A stretch of DNA of 45,585 nucleotides from Eubacteriales bacterium. Lineage in GTDB: Bacteria; Bacillota; Clostridia; Oscillospirales; CAG-272. Both the position numbers and the translations under genes were made by a program. The notes beneath the pieces were generated by a model, which ran no database searches, was not told the origin of the DNA, and saw nothing but the letters and a program-made list of their open reading frames with translations. Every line of letters starts with the position of its first letter. The first letter of the stretch is position 1. Shown in pieces: positions 8,852 through 16,744 of the stretch. The stretch is from positions 1 through 45,585 of the forward strand of contig JAZRCQ010000081.1 of NCBI GenBank assembly GCA_045659845.1, in the 5' to 3' direction.

Positions 8852-9670
8852 ATGAAAAAGGGAATCGCTGTTTTGTTGGTTGTTCTGTTGGTTGGATCGC
8901 TGGTTGGATGCAATGTGGTTTGCAAGCACAGCTATCAGCCGGTGGATGCGGTGGACTCCACCTGCACGCAAAAGGGCTACGATCTCTATCAATGTGAGCT
9001 TTGCCAAGAGCTATATCAGGCGGAGCGCGCGGAGTATGCGCCTCACAGCTATCAGCGCGTTGGCGGCGAGCCCACCACCTGCTACCGAAAGGGCTATGAT
9101 CTTTACCGATGCGAAAATTGCCCCGATTTTTATCAGATCACGCCCCCCGAGCTTCTCCCACACGTTTATGAAAACGAAGCCTTCTGCCTTAAGCGAACCT
9201 GCATGGCAGAGGGCTGTGGCTACGAGGATGGGCCCAGAACGCCCCATACGATGTCGATGCGGGATTACGTTTGCGTGACATGCCGAAAGGAACGCGGCTG
9301 CTCGCTTTACCTGCTGTCGCAGGACTACGGGGATCAGATGCTGGCGCAGGCCAAGCGCAACGCGGGCGAGATGATCGGCCGCTTTGAGATCGTGGAGCTG
9401 GATGCGGCGGAAACAGCCAAGCAACTGGAAAACTATATCACAAATCCGAAGATCGATTCCGCAAAGATCAAGGGAGGATTGTTTGTGCGCTTCGACGTGA
9501 CCAACGGCGGCGATGAGGTGCTGTTCTCCATCTACTATAATTTCGGCCTGCAGATGACCGAGCCGCAGGAGAAGGATATTGCCTTCACCTATGAGGGCAG
9601 TGACGAGATTTGGTATCTGGAAACGATCGAGGGCGAGCCCACGATCTTGTTTGAGTTTTCCATTGCATGA
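8852..9670 (+). CDS. Lipoprotein with tandem His/Cys-rich (zinc-ribbon-like) modules
   Basis: GGAGGAAGG RBS before ATG 8852. Signal peptide with lipobox MKKGIAVLLVVLLVGSLVG-C. Then 39-aa repeats of the form HSYQ..C..KGYDLY.CE.C...YQ. Confidence 0.75.
   Translation: MKKGIAVLLVVLLVGSLVGCNVVCKHSYQPVDAVDSTCTQKGYDLYQCELCQELYQAERAEYAPHSYQRVGGEPTTCYRKGYDLYRCENCPDFYQITPPELLPHVYENEAFCLKRTCMAEGCGYEDGPRTPHTMSMRDYVCVTCRKERGCSLYLLSQDYGDQMLAQAKRNAGEMIGRFEIVELDAAETAKQLENYITNPKIDSAKIKGGLFVRFDVTNGGDEVLFSIYYNFGLQMTEPQEKDIAFTYEGSDEIWYLETIEGEPTILFEFSIA
8927..9160 (+). repeat. In-frame tandem duplication (2 x 117 nt) inside the lipoprotein gene, followed by two degenerate copies to 9301
   Basis: Copy 1 is 8927..9043 and copy 2 is 9044..9160. 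Both begin CACAGCTATCAGC and share AAGGGCTA(C/T)GATCT. Protein period is H26/H65/H104. Confidence 0.8.
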
Positions 9671-9688
9671 GGACGAAAATCGAATGCG

Positions 9689-9729
9689 GAAGGGAGGAGC
9701 CTTGCCGACGGGCTTTGATCCTCCCCTTC
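9689..9729 (+). terminator. GC-rich hairpin after the lipoprotein gene (terminator candidate without a clear U-tract)
   Basis: GAAGGGAGGA pairs with TCCTCCCCTTC with one bulge, plus an inner AGCC/GGCT pairing. Followed by TGTGTC. Confidence 0.45.
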
Positions 9730-9735
9730 TGTGTC

Positions 9736-9764
9736 TTGACAAATTTCGGACAGGATGATATAAT
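9736..9764 (+). promoter_or_regulatory. Consensus promoter with extended -10
   Basis: TTGACA (9736..9741), 17-nt spacer, TGaTATAAT (9756..9764). Confidence 0.7.
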
Positions 9765-9834
9765 AAGCTTGGTGAGAGAGCCGCGGAGGGCGAGCCTCCG
9801 AAAATGATTGGAGCGCGCGAAAGGAGAAGCATCT

Positions 9835-10734
9835 ATGAAATTAGCAACCACAACGAGAGATTTTTATGCCTACACCGAGGATCAGGCTGAGGCCGTTCGG
9901 TGGATCGGTGAGGCGGGCTTCCGCTTCGTTGACTATAGCTTCAGCGCCGACCGCGATCGCAAAAACGGCGTGTTCGGCTCGGATTACCGTGGCTACGTGG
10001 ATGGTCTTTTAGCGCAGGCCGATCGATCAGGGATGCGATTCGTGCAGGCGCACGCGCCGTCGGGAAAGCCCTTCGTGCGCGGCTGGGATGAGCTGACGGA
10101 GCAAACGATCCTGTGCGTGAAGGCCTGCGCCGAGCTGGGGATCCCCAATCTGGTGGTGCATTCGGCCTACGCGCCGGGGCTTTCCAAGGCGGAAACGATG
10201 GAGAAGAACAAGGCCTTCTATCTGCCCATCCTGCGCGCCGCAGAGCAACACGGCGTTTGCATCCTCACCGAGAATTTCGATAAAATGACGAAGCCCGACG
10301 TTTTCTGGATCGACAACGCCGCCGATCTGCTGGAGCTGATCGAGCTTGTGGATCATCCGCTGCTTCAGGCCGTTTGGGATACGGGACACGCGAATCTGCA
10401 GGATATTCCGCAGGAGGAATCCCTGCGCCTGCTGGGCTCTCGCGTGCGTGCGCTCCACGTGCATGATAATTTGGGCGATCGCGACACGCATCTGATGCCC
10501 TATGCAGGCACGATGAATCCGGATGCTCTGATGCGCGGTCTGCGGGATATCGGGTATCAGGGGTACTTCACCTTTGAGGTTGGCGATCTTTTTCTGAATG
10601 CCAAGCAGAGAAGGGAATTTCTGCCCGAGGAAAGGCTGAAAAAGCCGCCGCTGGTGCTTCGGAAGCAGGCGGAAAAGCTGCTCTACGAGATCGGAAAAGA
10701 GATCCTTTCGGCCTACGGGCTTTATGAATGCTGA
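9835..10734 (+). CDS. Sugar phosphate isomerase/epimerase (xylose isomerase-like TIM barrel)
   Basis: AAGGAGAAG RBS before ATG 9835. The layout is typical of the AP-endonuclease-2/xylose-isomerase-like barrel (VVHS, LTENF, HVHDN...DTH). Family assigned from memory. Confidence 0.7.
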   Translation: MKLATTTRDFYAYTEDQAEAVRWIGEAGFRFVDYSFSADRDRKNGVFGSDYRGYVDGLLAQADRSGMRFVQAHAPSGKPFVRGWDELTEQTILCVKACAELGIPNLVVHSAYAPGLSKAETMEKNKAFYLPILRAAEQHGVCILTENFDKMTKPDVFWIDNAADLLELIELVDHPLLQAVWDTGHANLQDIPQEESLRLLGSRVRALHVHDNLGDRDTHLMPYAGTMNPDALMRGLRDIGYQGYFTFEVGDLFLNAKQRREFLPEERLKKPPLVLRKQAEKLLYEIGKEILSAYGLYEC

Positions 10735-10753
10735 GCGGAAGAGGGAAAAGGCT

Positions 10754-11455
10754 ATGGCGTATCTTTACGAAACGCATTTGCACACCCTGCCCGTGAGTGC
10801 CTGCGCTCGGGCGGAGCTTCGGGAAACGCTGGAATGTTATCGGCAGGCAGGCTATGCGGGAGTGTTTTTGACAAATCACTTTCTGGATTCCAATATTGAT
10901 CGCAGCATCCGCGAGCTGCCCTATCATCAGCGGATCGACTATTATTTTGATTCCTGCGAGGAGGGGCAAAGGATCGGGGAGGGGCCGGGCTTTTCGGTGT
11001 TCCCCGGCATCGAGATGGGATATGGCGGCACGGATTTTTTGGTGTACGGTATCGATCGGGAGTGGTGCCACGCCCATGAGGATATGGATCGGATGCCCAA
11101 GAGCGAGCTTCTGGGCCTGATGCGGGAGCAGGGAGCGTTGCTGATCCAAGCACACCCCTTTCGGGAATCGCGCTCCATTGATCACATTCGCCTGTTCCCG
11201 CGCCACGTGCATGGCGTGGAGGTGTTCAATGCGAGCCGTCGGGATTTTGAGAACGCCATGGCCGCTCAGTATTGCGAGAGCTACGGCCTTTTGCCCTTCT
11301 CCGGAAGCGACGATCACACGGGCGGTAAGCGAAGCCGCTTCGGCGGCATGGCCACCGATCGGCCCGTGCGCGACGTTCGGGATTTCATCGCCCTCGTCCT
11401 CGCGGGGGAGGCCAAGCCCTTTTGGAGGAATGCAGACGGCGTTCATTTCCTATAA
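10754..11455 (+). CDS. PHP-domain metal-dependent phosphoesterase
   Basis: MAYLYETHLHT (HxH), QAHPFRE, GSDDH. ATG 10754 is preferred; the alternative ATG 10724 overlaps the upstream gene and has no RBS. Confidence 0.7.
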   Translation: MAYLYETHLHTLPVSACARAELRETLECYRQAGYAGVFLTNHFLDSNIDRSIRELPYHQRIDYYFDSCEEGQRIGEGPGFSVFPGIEMGYGGTDFLVYGIDREWCHAHEDMDRMPKSELLGLMREQGALLIQAHPFRESRSIDHIRLFPRHVHGVEVFNASRRDFENAMAAQYCESYGLLPFSGSDDHTGGKRSRFGGMATDRPVRDVRDFIALVLAGEAKPFWRNADGVHFL

Positions 11456-11465
11456 AAACAGAACG

Positions 11466-11507
11466 AACGGCAGACCTGCGCGGAAGACAGGTCTGCCGTT
11501 CTTTTTT
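11466..11507. terminator. Bidirectional rho-independent terminator between convergent genes
   Basis: AACGGCAGACCTG (11466..11478) pairs with CAGGTCTGCCGTT (11488..11500). Followed by CTTTTTT. The opposite strand also reads T-rich after the stem. Confidence 0.85.
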
Positions 11508-11528
11508 CTGAAGGATCTATGCGTGCAG

Positions 11529-13559
11529 TCAGGCAAAATCGATCTGCGCGGTGGCGGGATAGCCGTCGCACACCACCTCGGTGCGACCGCGCACTGCCCC
11601 ATCGATCCTTTGGAAGGCGAGGCGCGTGAGGCGGTATTCGCCTTTTTCGTGGTTGTAGCTTTCGCCGTCGTCATCATAGAGAAGACCTTCGCCGGAATCG
11701 CCGAAGCAACGGACGGTGATCCGCTTTCCGTCCTCCTCCAGCAGGGGGATCATGCCGCCTTCCCGAACAAAGAGCAGCATCCGATCCGTTGGGCAGGCGA
11801 AGGACTTGATCTCGCCTCGCCCAACGGGCTCTCCCGTGAAGAAATCGTACCATCTGCAATCGTCGGGCAAAACCACCTCGCGCTCACAGCTTCCGGGTAT
11901 CAGAGGCGCCACCATCAGGGAATCGCCCACCATGAATTGATCGGTGATATCCCGCAGGCTCTTATGCTGATAGGGATTAGCCGTGTCGTCCAGCCGTCCG
12001 CTTCCCGTTTCCTTGGCGGTGATCGATCCGAAGTCCATGCAAAGCGGGCGGAAGGGGGGAATGCCATCCTCGGCATAGGTGTGAAAGGCGTTGTAGAGAT
12101 AGGGAAGCAGCTTCTTGCGCAGGAGAATGAGCTCGCGGATGATCGCCTCCGTTTCGGGGAATTTCCATGGCTTGGCTCCCGTGGCCCAGGAATTGAGCAT
12201 CATCATGGGAGAGAGCGCACAGAGCTGGAAGCGGCGAACCCATTCCTCGGCGGTTTTGGCATCGCGCACCTCGGGAACCCAGAGCGCGCCGCAGAAGGCG
12301 GCGGAGCAGATGCCGTTGAGATAATCGCCGAAGGTATAGCAATCGTTGTAGATGCAGAAGGGGAAGGAGGAGGCGCCGGCGTTGGAGGCTCTCACCAACC
12401 CATAGGTGCGCCTGCCGCTTTGGCGGAAGGCCTCGTGAACGGTTCTCTGACAGAGCAGGCCGTAGCCTTGCCGCAGGGTGGCGGCGGAATTGCCGGAGGG
12501 AAATTCCGCATGGTCGGGCCATAGATATTTGTCGTAGCCGTCGCATTCGTCGATCTTGAAGCCGGAAACGCCTGCGCGGATCAGGGTGCTTTGATGATGC
12601 TCGGCGTAGAGCCGCCGTGCCTCCTCCAGCGTGAGGTCGGGCACGATGCCGTTCCAAACCATGTGGGAGCCGGAGAGAGGATACATCTCCCGATAAAGCG
12701 GGGAACGGCGGGAAAGATAGGGGTTTTCCCAAAGATTGAGGCGAATGCCCTGCTCCAGAAGCGCTTCTGTCATCTCCTCAAACCGAGGATACTTTTCGCG
12801 GGAGATCTCCAGCGTGCAGGGATAGGAGTTGCTCTGCCAGCCGGGCTCCAATCCGATCACGTCCAGCGGAAGATCATGCTCTCGATAGAGGCGAACGGTT
12901 TCATAAACGTCCTCCTCCCGACTGCGCAGATGCAGGCGCTCGCAGAAGCCGAGTCCCCACTTGGGCACGGTGCAGCCGCCGCCGCAAAGCAGATTGAAGC
13001 GGGCGACAACCTCCTTCATGTCGGCGCCTGCGATCACGTAAACGTCGGCTCCGCGGCCGCTGAAGGAAACCTCCACCAGCTCCGAGGGCGTCACGGCGCT
13101 CCAATCGGCATCGCTGCCGCGATCCCGCTCGGGCGGAGGATTGGCGGCGTCCTTGCGAACCGTGCCGCCCATATAGAAGGTTGGGAAGGCGGTGGTGTCG
13201 ATGAAGATGCCGTAGCCGCTGTCGGAAACGTAGAAGGGAACGGGCGCGTGGGTCCTGCCGTTGTCCTTCCCTCCGAAATGATCCACCCGAAGGGGCACCA
13301 CGGCATGACTTTTGCAAAGCGACTTGAAGCTCAAGCCGAGGCCATAGAGGCTTTCTCCCTCGGAAAAGGGAATGGAGATCACGTGCCGATCGTCAACGAC
13401 GGTGGCACAGATGGGTGCGTCGGAGAAGGGAAAGCGCTCGGCGGGCGAGCTCTTGAGCTTTGGCTTCACGCCTGCCAGCTCCAGAAGCGTGGGGTATTGC
13501 TTGCCAACCGAGGCCTTCCAAATGCCTCCTGCCAGCTCCCGAAATGCAAGATTTGCCAT
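11529..13559 (-). CDS. Glycoside hydrolase family 31 (alpha-xylosidase/alpha-glucosidase type)
   Basis: 676 aa. The segment GVSGFKIDECDGY resembles the GH31 nucleophile region (compare YicI-type FKTDFGE). No signal peptide. Confidence 0.7.
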   Translation of the reverse strand: MANLAFRELAGGIWKASVGKQYPTLLELAGVKPKLKSSPAERFPFSDAPICATVVDDRHVISIPFSEGESLYGLGLSFKSLCKSHAVVPLRVDHFGGKDNGRTHAPVPFYVSDSGYGIFIDTTAFPTFYMGGTVRKDAANPPPERDRGSDADWSAVTPSELVEVSFSGRGADVYVIAGADMKEVVARFNLLCGGGCTVPKWGLGFCERLHLRSREEDVYETVRLYREHDLPLDVIGLEPGWQSNSYPCTLEISREKYPRFEEMTEALLEQGIRLNLWENPYLSRRSPLYREMYPLSGSHMVWNGIVPDLTLEEARRLYAEHHQSTLIRAGVSGFKIDECDGYDKYLWPDHAEFPSGNSAATLRQGYGLLCQRTVHEAFRQSGRRTYGLVRASNAGASSFPFCIYNDCYTFGDYLNGICSAAFCGALWVPEVRDAKTAEEWVRRFQLCALSPMMMLNSWATGAKPWKFPETEAIIRELILLRKKLLPYLYNAFHTYAEDGIPPFRPLCMDFGSITAKETGSGRLDDTANPYQHKSLRDITDQFMVGDSLMVAPLIPGSCEREVVLPDDCRWYDFFTGEPVGRGEIKSFACPTDRMLLFVREGGMIPLLEEDGKRITVRCFGDSGEGLLYDDDGESYNHEKGEYRLTRLAFQRIDGAVRGRTEVVCDGYPATAQIDFA

Positions 13560-13611
13560 ATGGGACTCCTTTCAGCGTTGCATGGTGTCGGTGGGGGATG
13601 CTATTGCGTTC

Positions 13612-13640
13612 ATTATATCATGGGGAAGAACATTTGGCAA
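13612..13640 (-). promoter_or_regulatory. Promoter of the GH31 gene (minus strand)
   Basis: The minus strand reads TTGCCA (13640..13635), 17-nt spacer, TGaTATAAT (-10 at 13617..13612). Confidence 0.6.
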
Positions 13641-13807
13641 TAGCGAAATCATGACTTTTTTCAACAAAATCGTGGCTTTCCCGTGAGCGCGGACGGCGGT
13701 CTCCGAGTCGGCGGCGGCGCGGAGGGCTGTCTTTTTGGTGGCAAAGCGGGGGCTTTGGAAAGCGGCGGTCGAGCCGCATCGGCGGGGAAATTTTGGAGAA
13801 TAGATTT

Positions 13808-13821
13808 AGAAATGTCACTTT
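13808..13821 (+). promoter_or_regulatory. Operator-like motif AGAAATGTCACTTT (copy 1)
   Basis: The same 14-mer (1 mismatch) recurs at 17708..17721. Both copies lie the same distance (35 nt from the G of GTCAC) from a predicted -35 hexamer. Confidence 0.45.
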
Positions 13822-13848
13822 ATTGTCGGAATAGGCCATTATCTTCTA

Positions 13849-13877
13849 TGGTAACGGCACTTTTTTTATGATATAAT
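13849..13877 (+). promoter_or_regulatory. Extended -10 promoter of the GHL6-AraC-MBL operon
   Basis: TGaTATAAT (13869..13877) with a weak -35 TGGTAA (13849..13854) at 17-nt spacing. Confidence 0.5.
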
Positions 13878-13920
13878 GGTGTTGAAGAATATCCAAATAC
13901 GAAAGAAAAAGGAGAACGCC

Positions 13921-15936
13921 GTGAAGTTCAGACAGGTTCATTTGGATTTTCACACCAGCGAGCAGATCGAGAGGATCGGGTGTGAATTTAAAAAAGAGGA
14001 ATTTCAGCAGGCTCTGCTTCGGGGGCACGTGGATTCCATTACGCTGTTTTCTAAATGTCACCACGGATGGTCCTATCATCCCACCGAGACCAACGAGATG
14101 CATCCCCATCTGACATTCGATCTTTTCGGCGAGCAGATCCGCGCGGCCAAGGAGATCGGCGTGAATGCGGTGGGCTATCTTTCGGCGGGGTTGGATGAGA
14201 AATCTGCCGTTTGCCATCCCGAATGGCTGGCGCGCGGTAAGGATGAGAGATTGCTCCGCACCGCTGATTTCACCACGCCCGGCTACCATTTGCTCTGCTT
14301 CAACACGCCCTATCTCTCGGTGCTGGCGGATCAGGTTCGGGAAATGTGCGAAAAATATCCCGTGAGCGGCGTGTTTCTCGACATCGTTAAGCCCACGAAG
14401 TGCTATTGCCGCGCCTGCGTTGCCTTGATGAAGGCCGAGGGGCTGGATCCCGAAAATGATGCCCACGTGGCGCTGATGGCCGAAAAGACCTATGCCAAAT
14501 ACACGCGCGTGATGCGGGAAACGGTGGATTCCGTGAATCCCGCGCTCACCGTGTTCCACAACGGAGGCGGCACGCCCAGAGGCCGCAGAGATCTGATCGG
14601 AATGAATTCCCATATCGAGATCGAATCTCTGCCAACGGGCGGCTGGGGCTATGACAATCTGCCGCTGACGGCCAGATACGTGCAGCCTCTCGGCGAGGAA
14701 TTTTTGGGCATGACCGGAAAATTCCACCTCTCCTGGGGAGAATTCGGAGGCTACAAGCATCCGAACGCCTTGATCTACGAGACCTCGCTGGCGGCGGCTA
14801 ACGGCGGAAAATGCTCGATTGGCGATCAGCTCCATCCCGATGGGCGGATGGATGCGGAAACCTATCGCATCATCGGCGAGGCCTATTCCCTTATCGAAAA
14901 AAAGGAGCCGTGGCTGGAGAACGTGCGCGGCGTGGCAGATATCGGCCTGTTGTCCTATTCTGCATGGCTGTGCGATCATCCCACCGAATATGCTGCGGAT
15001 CAGGAGCGGAAGCTCACCGACGTGGGCGCTCTGCGGATCCTTTTGGAGGGGCATTATCTCTTCGACGTGCTGGACATGGAAGCGGATTTCTCTGCCTATA
15101 AGCTTCTGATCCTGCCCGACAACGTGGGCGTGGACGGGGCTCTTCGGGAAAAGCTGGATGCCTACGTAGCAGGAGGCGGCAAGCTTTTGGCCTGCGGCCG
15201 ATCGGGGCTTTCCAAGGCGGCGGACGGCACCTCGACCTTTGTCTACGATCTGGGAGCCGACTACGTGGAGCCGCGCGGCATAAACCCTATTTATTTTGCC
15301 GTTGGCGATACGCTTCGGGAAATTCCCTCCGCAAGCTACGTGCTTTACGCGGAAACGCAGCACGTGGAGGCGGCTGAGGGCGGCAAGGTGTTGGCCGACC
15401 TGCACGATCCCTATTTCGCACGAACGGCCAAGCATTTCTGCTCGCATCTCCACGCTCCCGAGCGAAAGGAGCCTGCAGGCGTCGGTGTTACCGAGGGGCA
15501 TCACGGCATTTATATTGCCGCCGCTGTTTTCCGCGAATATGCAAGCGTTGGCTCTCTGATCGCCAAGCAGCTGGTCACGGCGGCCATCGATCGGTTGCTG
15601 GGGGATGCCAAAACGGTGGACGTAGGGCTTCCGGCACAGGGCATCGTAACGCTGATGGAGCAGGAGGCTCTGAGCAGAAGCGTGCTTCATCTGCTCTATG
15701 CGCCAAGGATCGCCAAGGGAGCAAGCAAGATCGAGGTGATCGAGGATGCCGTGCCGCTTCACGATGTGCAGGTGGCTCTGCGAACCGATGGAAGGCGCGT
15801 CTCTGCCGTACGGATGGAGCCCGAGGGGGCGGAGCAGACCTTTACCGAGGAGGCGGGCGTTCTTCGCTTTTGCGTTCCCAAGGTGCAGATCCACGCCATG
15901 GCCGTGATCGAATGGAGAAAGGAGCAGGTGCGATGA
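13921..15936 (+). CDS. Putative glycoside hydrolase (GHL6 / GH42 beta-galactosidase-trimerisation-domain-like)
   Basis: GTG 13921 follows AAGGAG by 7 nt. It is preferred to ATG 13876, which lies inside the -10 box. N-terminal FRQVHLDFHTS is characteristic of GHL6-type proteins from memory. Confidence 0.55.
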   Translation: MKFRQVHLDFHTSEQIERIGCEFKKEEFQQALLRGHVDSITLFSKCHHGWSYHPTETNEMHPHLTFDLFGEQIRAAKEIGVNAVGYLSAGLDEKSAVCHPEWLARGKDERLLRTADFTTPGYHLLCFNTPYLSVLADQVREMCEKYPVSGVFLDIVKPTKCYCRACVALMKAEGLDPENDAHVALMAEKTYAKYTRVMRETVDSVNPALTVFHNGGGTPRGRRDLIGMNSHIEIESLPTGGWGYDNLPLTARYVQPLGEEFLGMTGKFHLSWGEFGGYKHPNALIYETSLAAANGGKCSIGDQLHPDGRMDAETYRIIGEAYSLIEKKEPWLENVRGVADIGLLSYSAWLCDHPTEYAADQERKLTDVGALRILLEGHYLFDVLDMEADFSAYKLLILPDNVGVDGALREKLDAYVAGGGKLLACGRSGLSKAADGTSTFVYDLGADYVEPRGINPIYFAVGDTLREIPSASYVLYAETQHVEAAEGGKVLADLHDPYFARTAKHFCSHLHAPERKEPAGVGVTEGHHGIYIAAAVFREYASVGSLIAKQLVTAAIDRLLGDAKTVDVGLPAQGIVTLMEQEALSRSVLHLLYAPRIAKGASKIEVIEDAVPLHDVQVALRTDGRRVSAVRMEPEGAEQTFTEEAGVLRFCVPKVQIHAMAVIEWRKEQVR

Positions 15937-16715
15937 AAACGAAAACACTTCTGAACAGTGCCGGTCTGGCGGTGGCCACGCGAGAGCGCTGGCAAAGAGC
16001 AAATTACCGCTATCATCGGCTGCATTTCCCCATCAGCGGAGCGGCTATTTATCACGACGTGAACGGAGATAAGCTGCTGGAGGTTGGCAATCTCTATTTG
16101 CTGGTGAACAGCACGGCGCCCAATTTTGAGCTGCTGGAGGACGAGCAATACTATCATATGTATCTCGATTTTCGCACCGTCCCACCGCTCCTGAACCGCG
16201 ACGTTCTGTGCATTGCGCTGGGCGAGGATCCCTATCTCACGTATCTGCTAAAGGCGCTTCGCAGCCTGCTGCAGGCGCAGGAGAATCAGAAGCTGGGAAA
16301 GGGCATGACGTCGCAGAAGCCCGGCGAGGAGCTATTCCATCAGGCGCAATCGCTTCTGCACGTGATCCTCTCGCATCTCTGCAGTAAATACGGGCTTCAG
16401 GCCATGGAAAATCCCAAGGTGGAGCATGCGATCCGCTATATCGAAAAGAACTATGCCAATCACATCTCAAACAGCGATGTGGCCGAGGAGCTGCATATCG
16501 ACACGCGCTACTTTATGCGACTGTTCAAGAAATACGTTGGAATGTCGCCCTATCAGTATCTTACGCAATGCAGGATCGAGCACGCCATCGACGAGCTGAG
16601 AAACGATCGCTCCGTCACCGAGACCGCGCAGCTTTGCGGCTACCAGAATGAAAATGCATTCCGGATCGCCTTCAAGCGCGTGATGGGCTGCTCGCCCACC
16701 TCGTTTTTTAAATAA
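15933..16715 (+). CDS. AraC family transcriptional regulator
   Basis: The start overlaps the upstream stop (ATGA 15933..15936). C-terminal double HTH: IRYIEKNYANHISNSDVAEELHIDTRYFMRLFKKYVGMSPYQY...NENAFRIAFKRVMGCSP. Confidence 0.9.
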   Translation: MKTKTLLNSAGLAVATRERWQRANYRYHRLHFPISGAAIYHDVNGDKLLEVGNLYLLVNSTAPNFELLEDEQYYHMYLDFRTVPPLLNRDVLCIALGEDPYLTYLLKALRSLLQAQENQKLGKGMTSQKPGEELFHQAQSLLHVILSHLCSKYGLQAMENPKVEHAIRYIEKNYANHISNSDVAEELHIDTRYFMRLFKKYVGMSPYQYLTQCRIEHAIDELRNDRSVTETAQLCGYQNENAFRIAFKRVMGCSPTSFFK

Positions 16716-16744
16716 CCGCAATCGTGATCTTTCGGGAGGAAAGC

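Noticed and set aside
11178-13643. Two long + strand ORFs (11178..12524 and 12591..13643)
   Set aside because: Both are antisense to the 676-aa GH31 gene, whose translation is family-recognisable. The + strand translations are Gly/Ala/His-rich junk, and the first starts inside the PHP gene.
13618-13871. Small ORFs (73 aa on the minus strand, 62 aa on the plus strand) in the divergent GH31/GHL6 intergenic region
   Set aside because: They overlap the two predicted promoters, have no RBS, and are Arg/Pro/Gly-rich. The GC-rich stretch 13680..13800 could be a decayed gene remnant, but I cannot support that from sequence alone.
13846-16002. 718-aa minus-strand ORF
   Set aside because: It is antisense to the GHL6-like gene and the AraC start. 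It has no RBS and a low-complexity sequence, and its 5' end would begin inside the AraC coding region.
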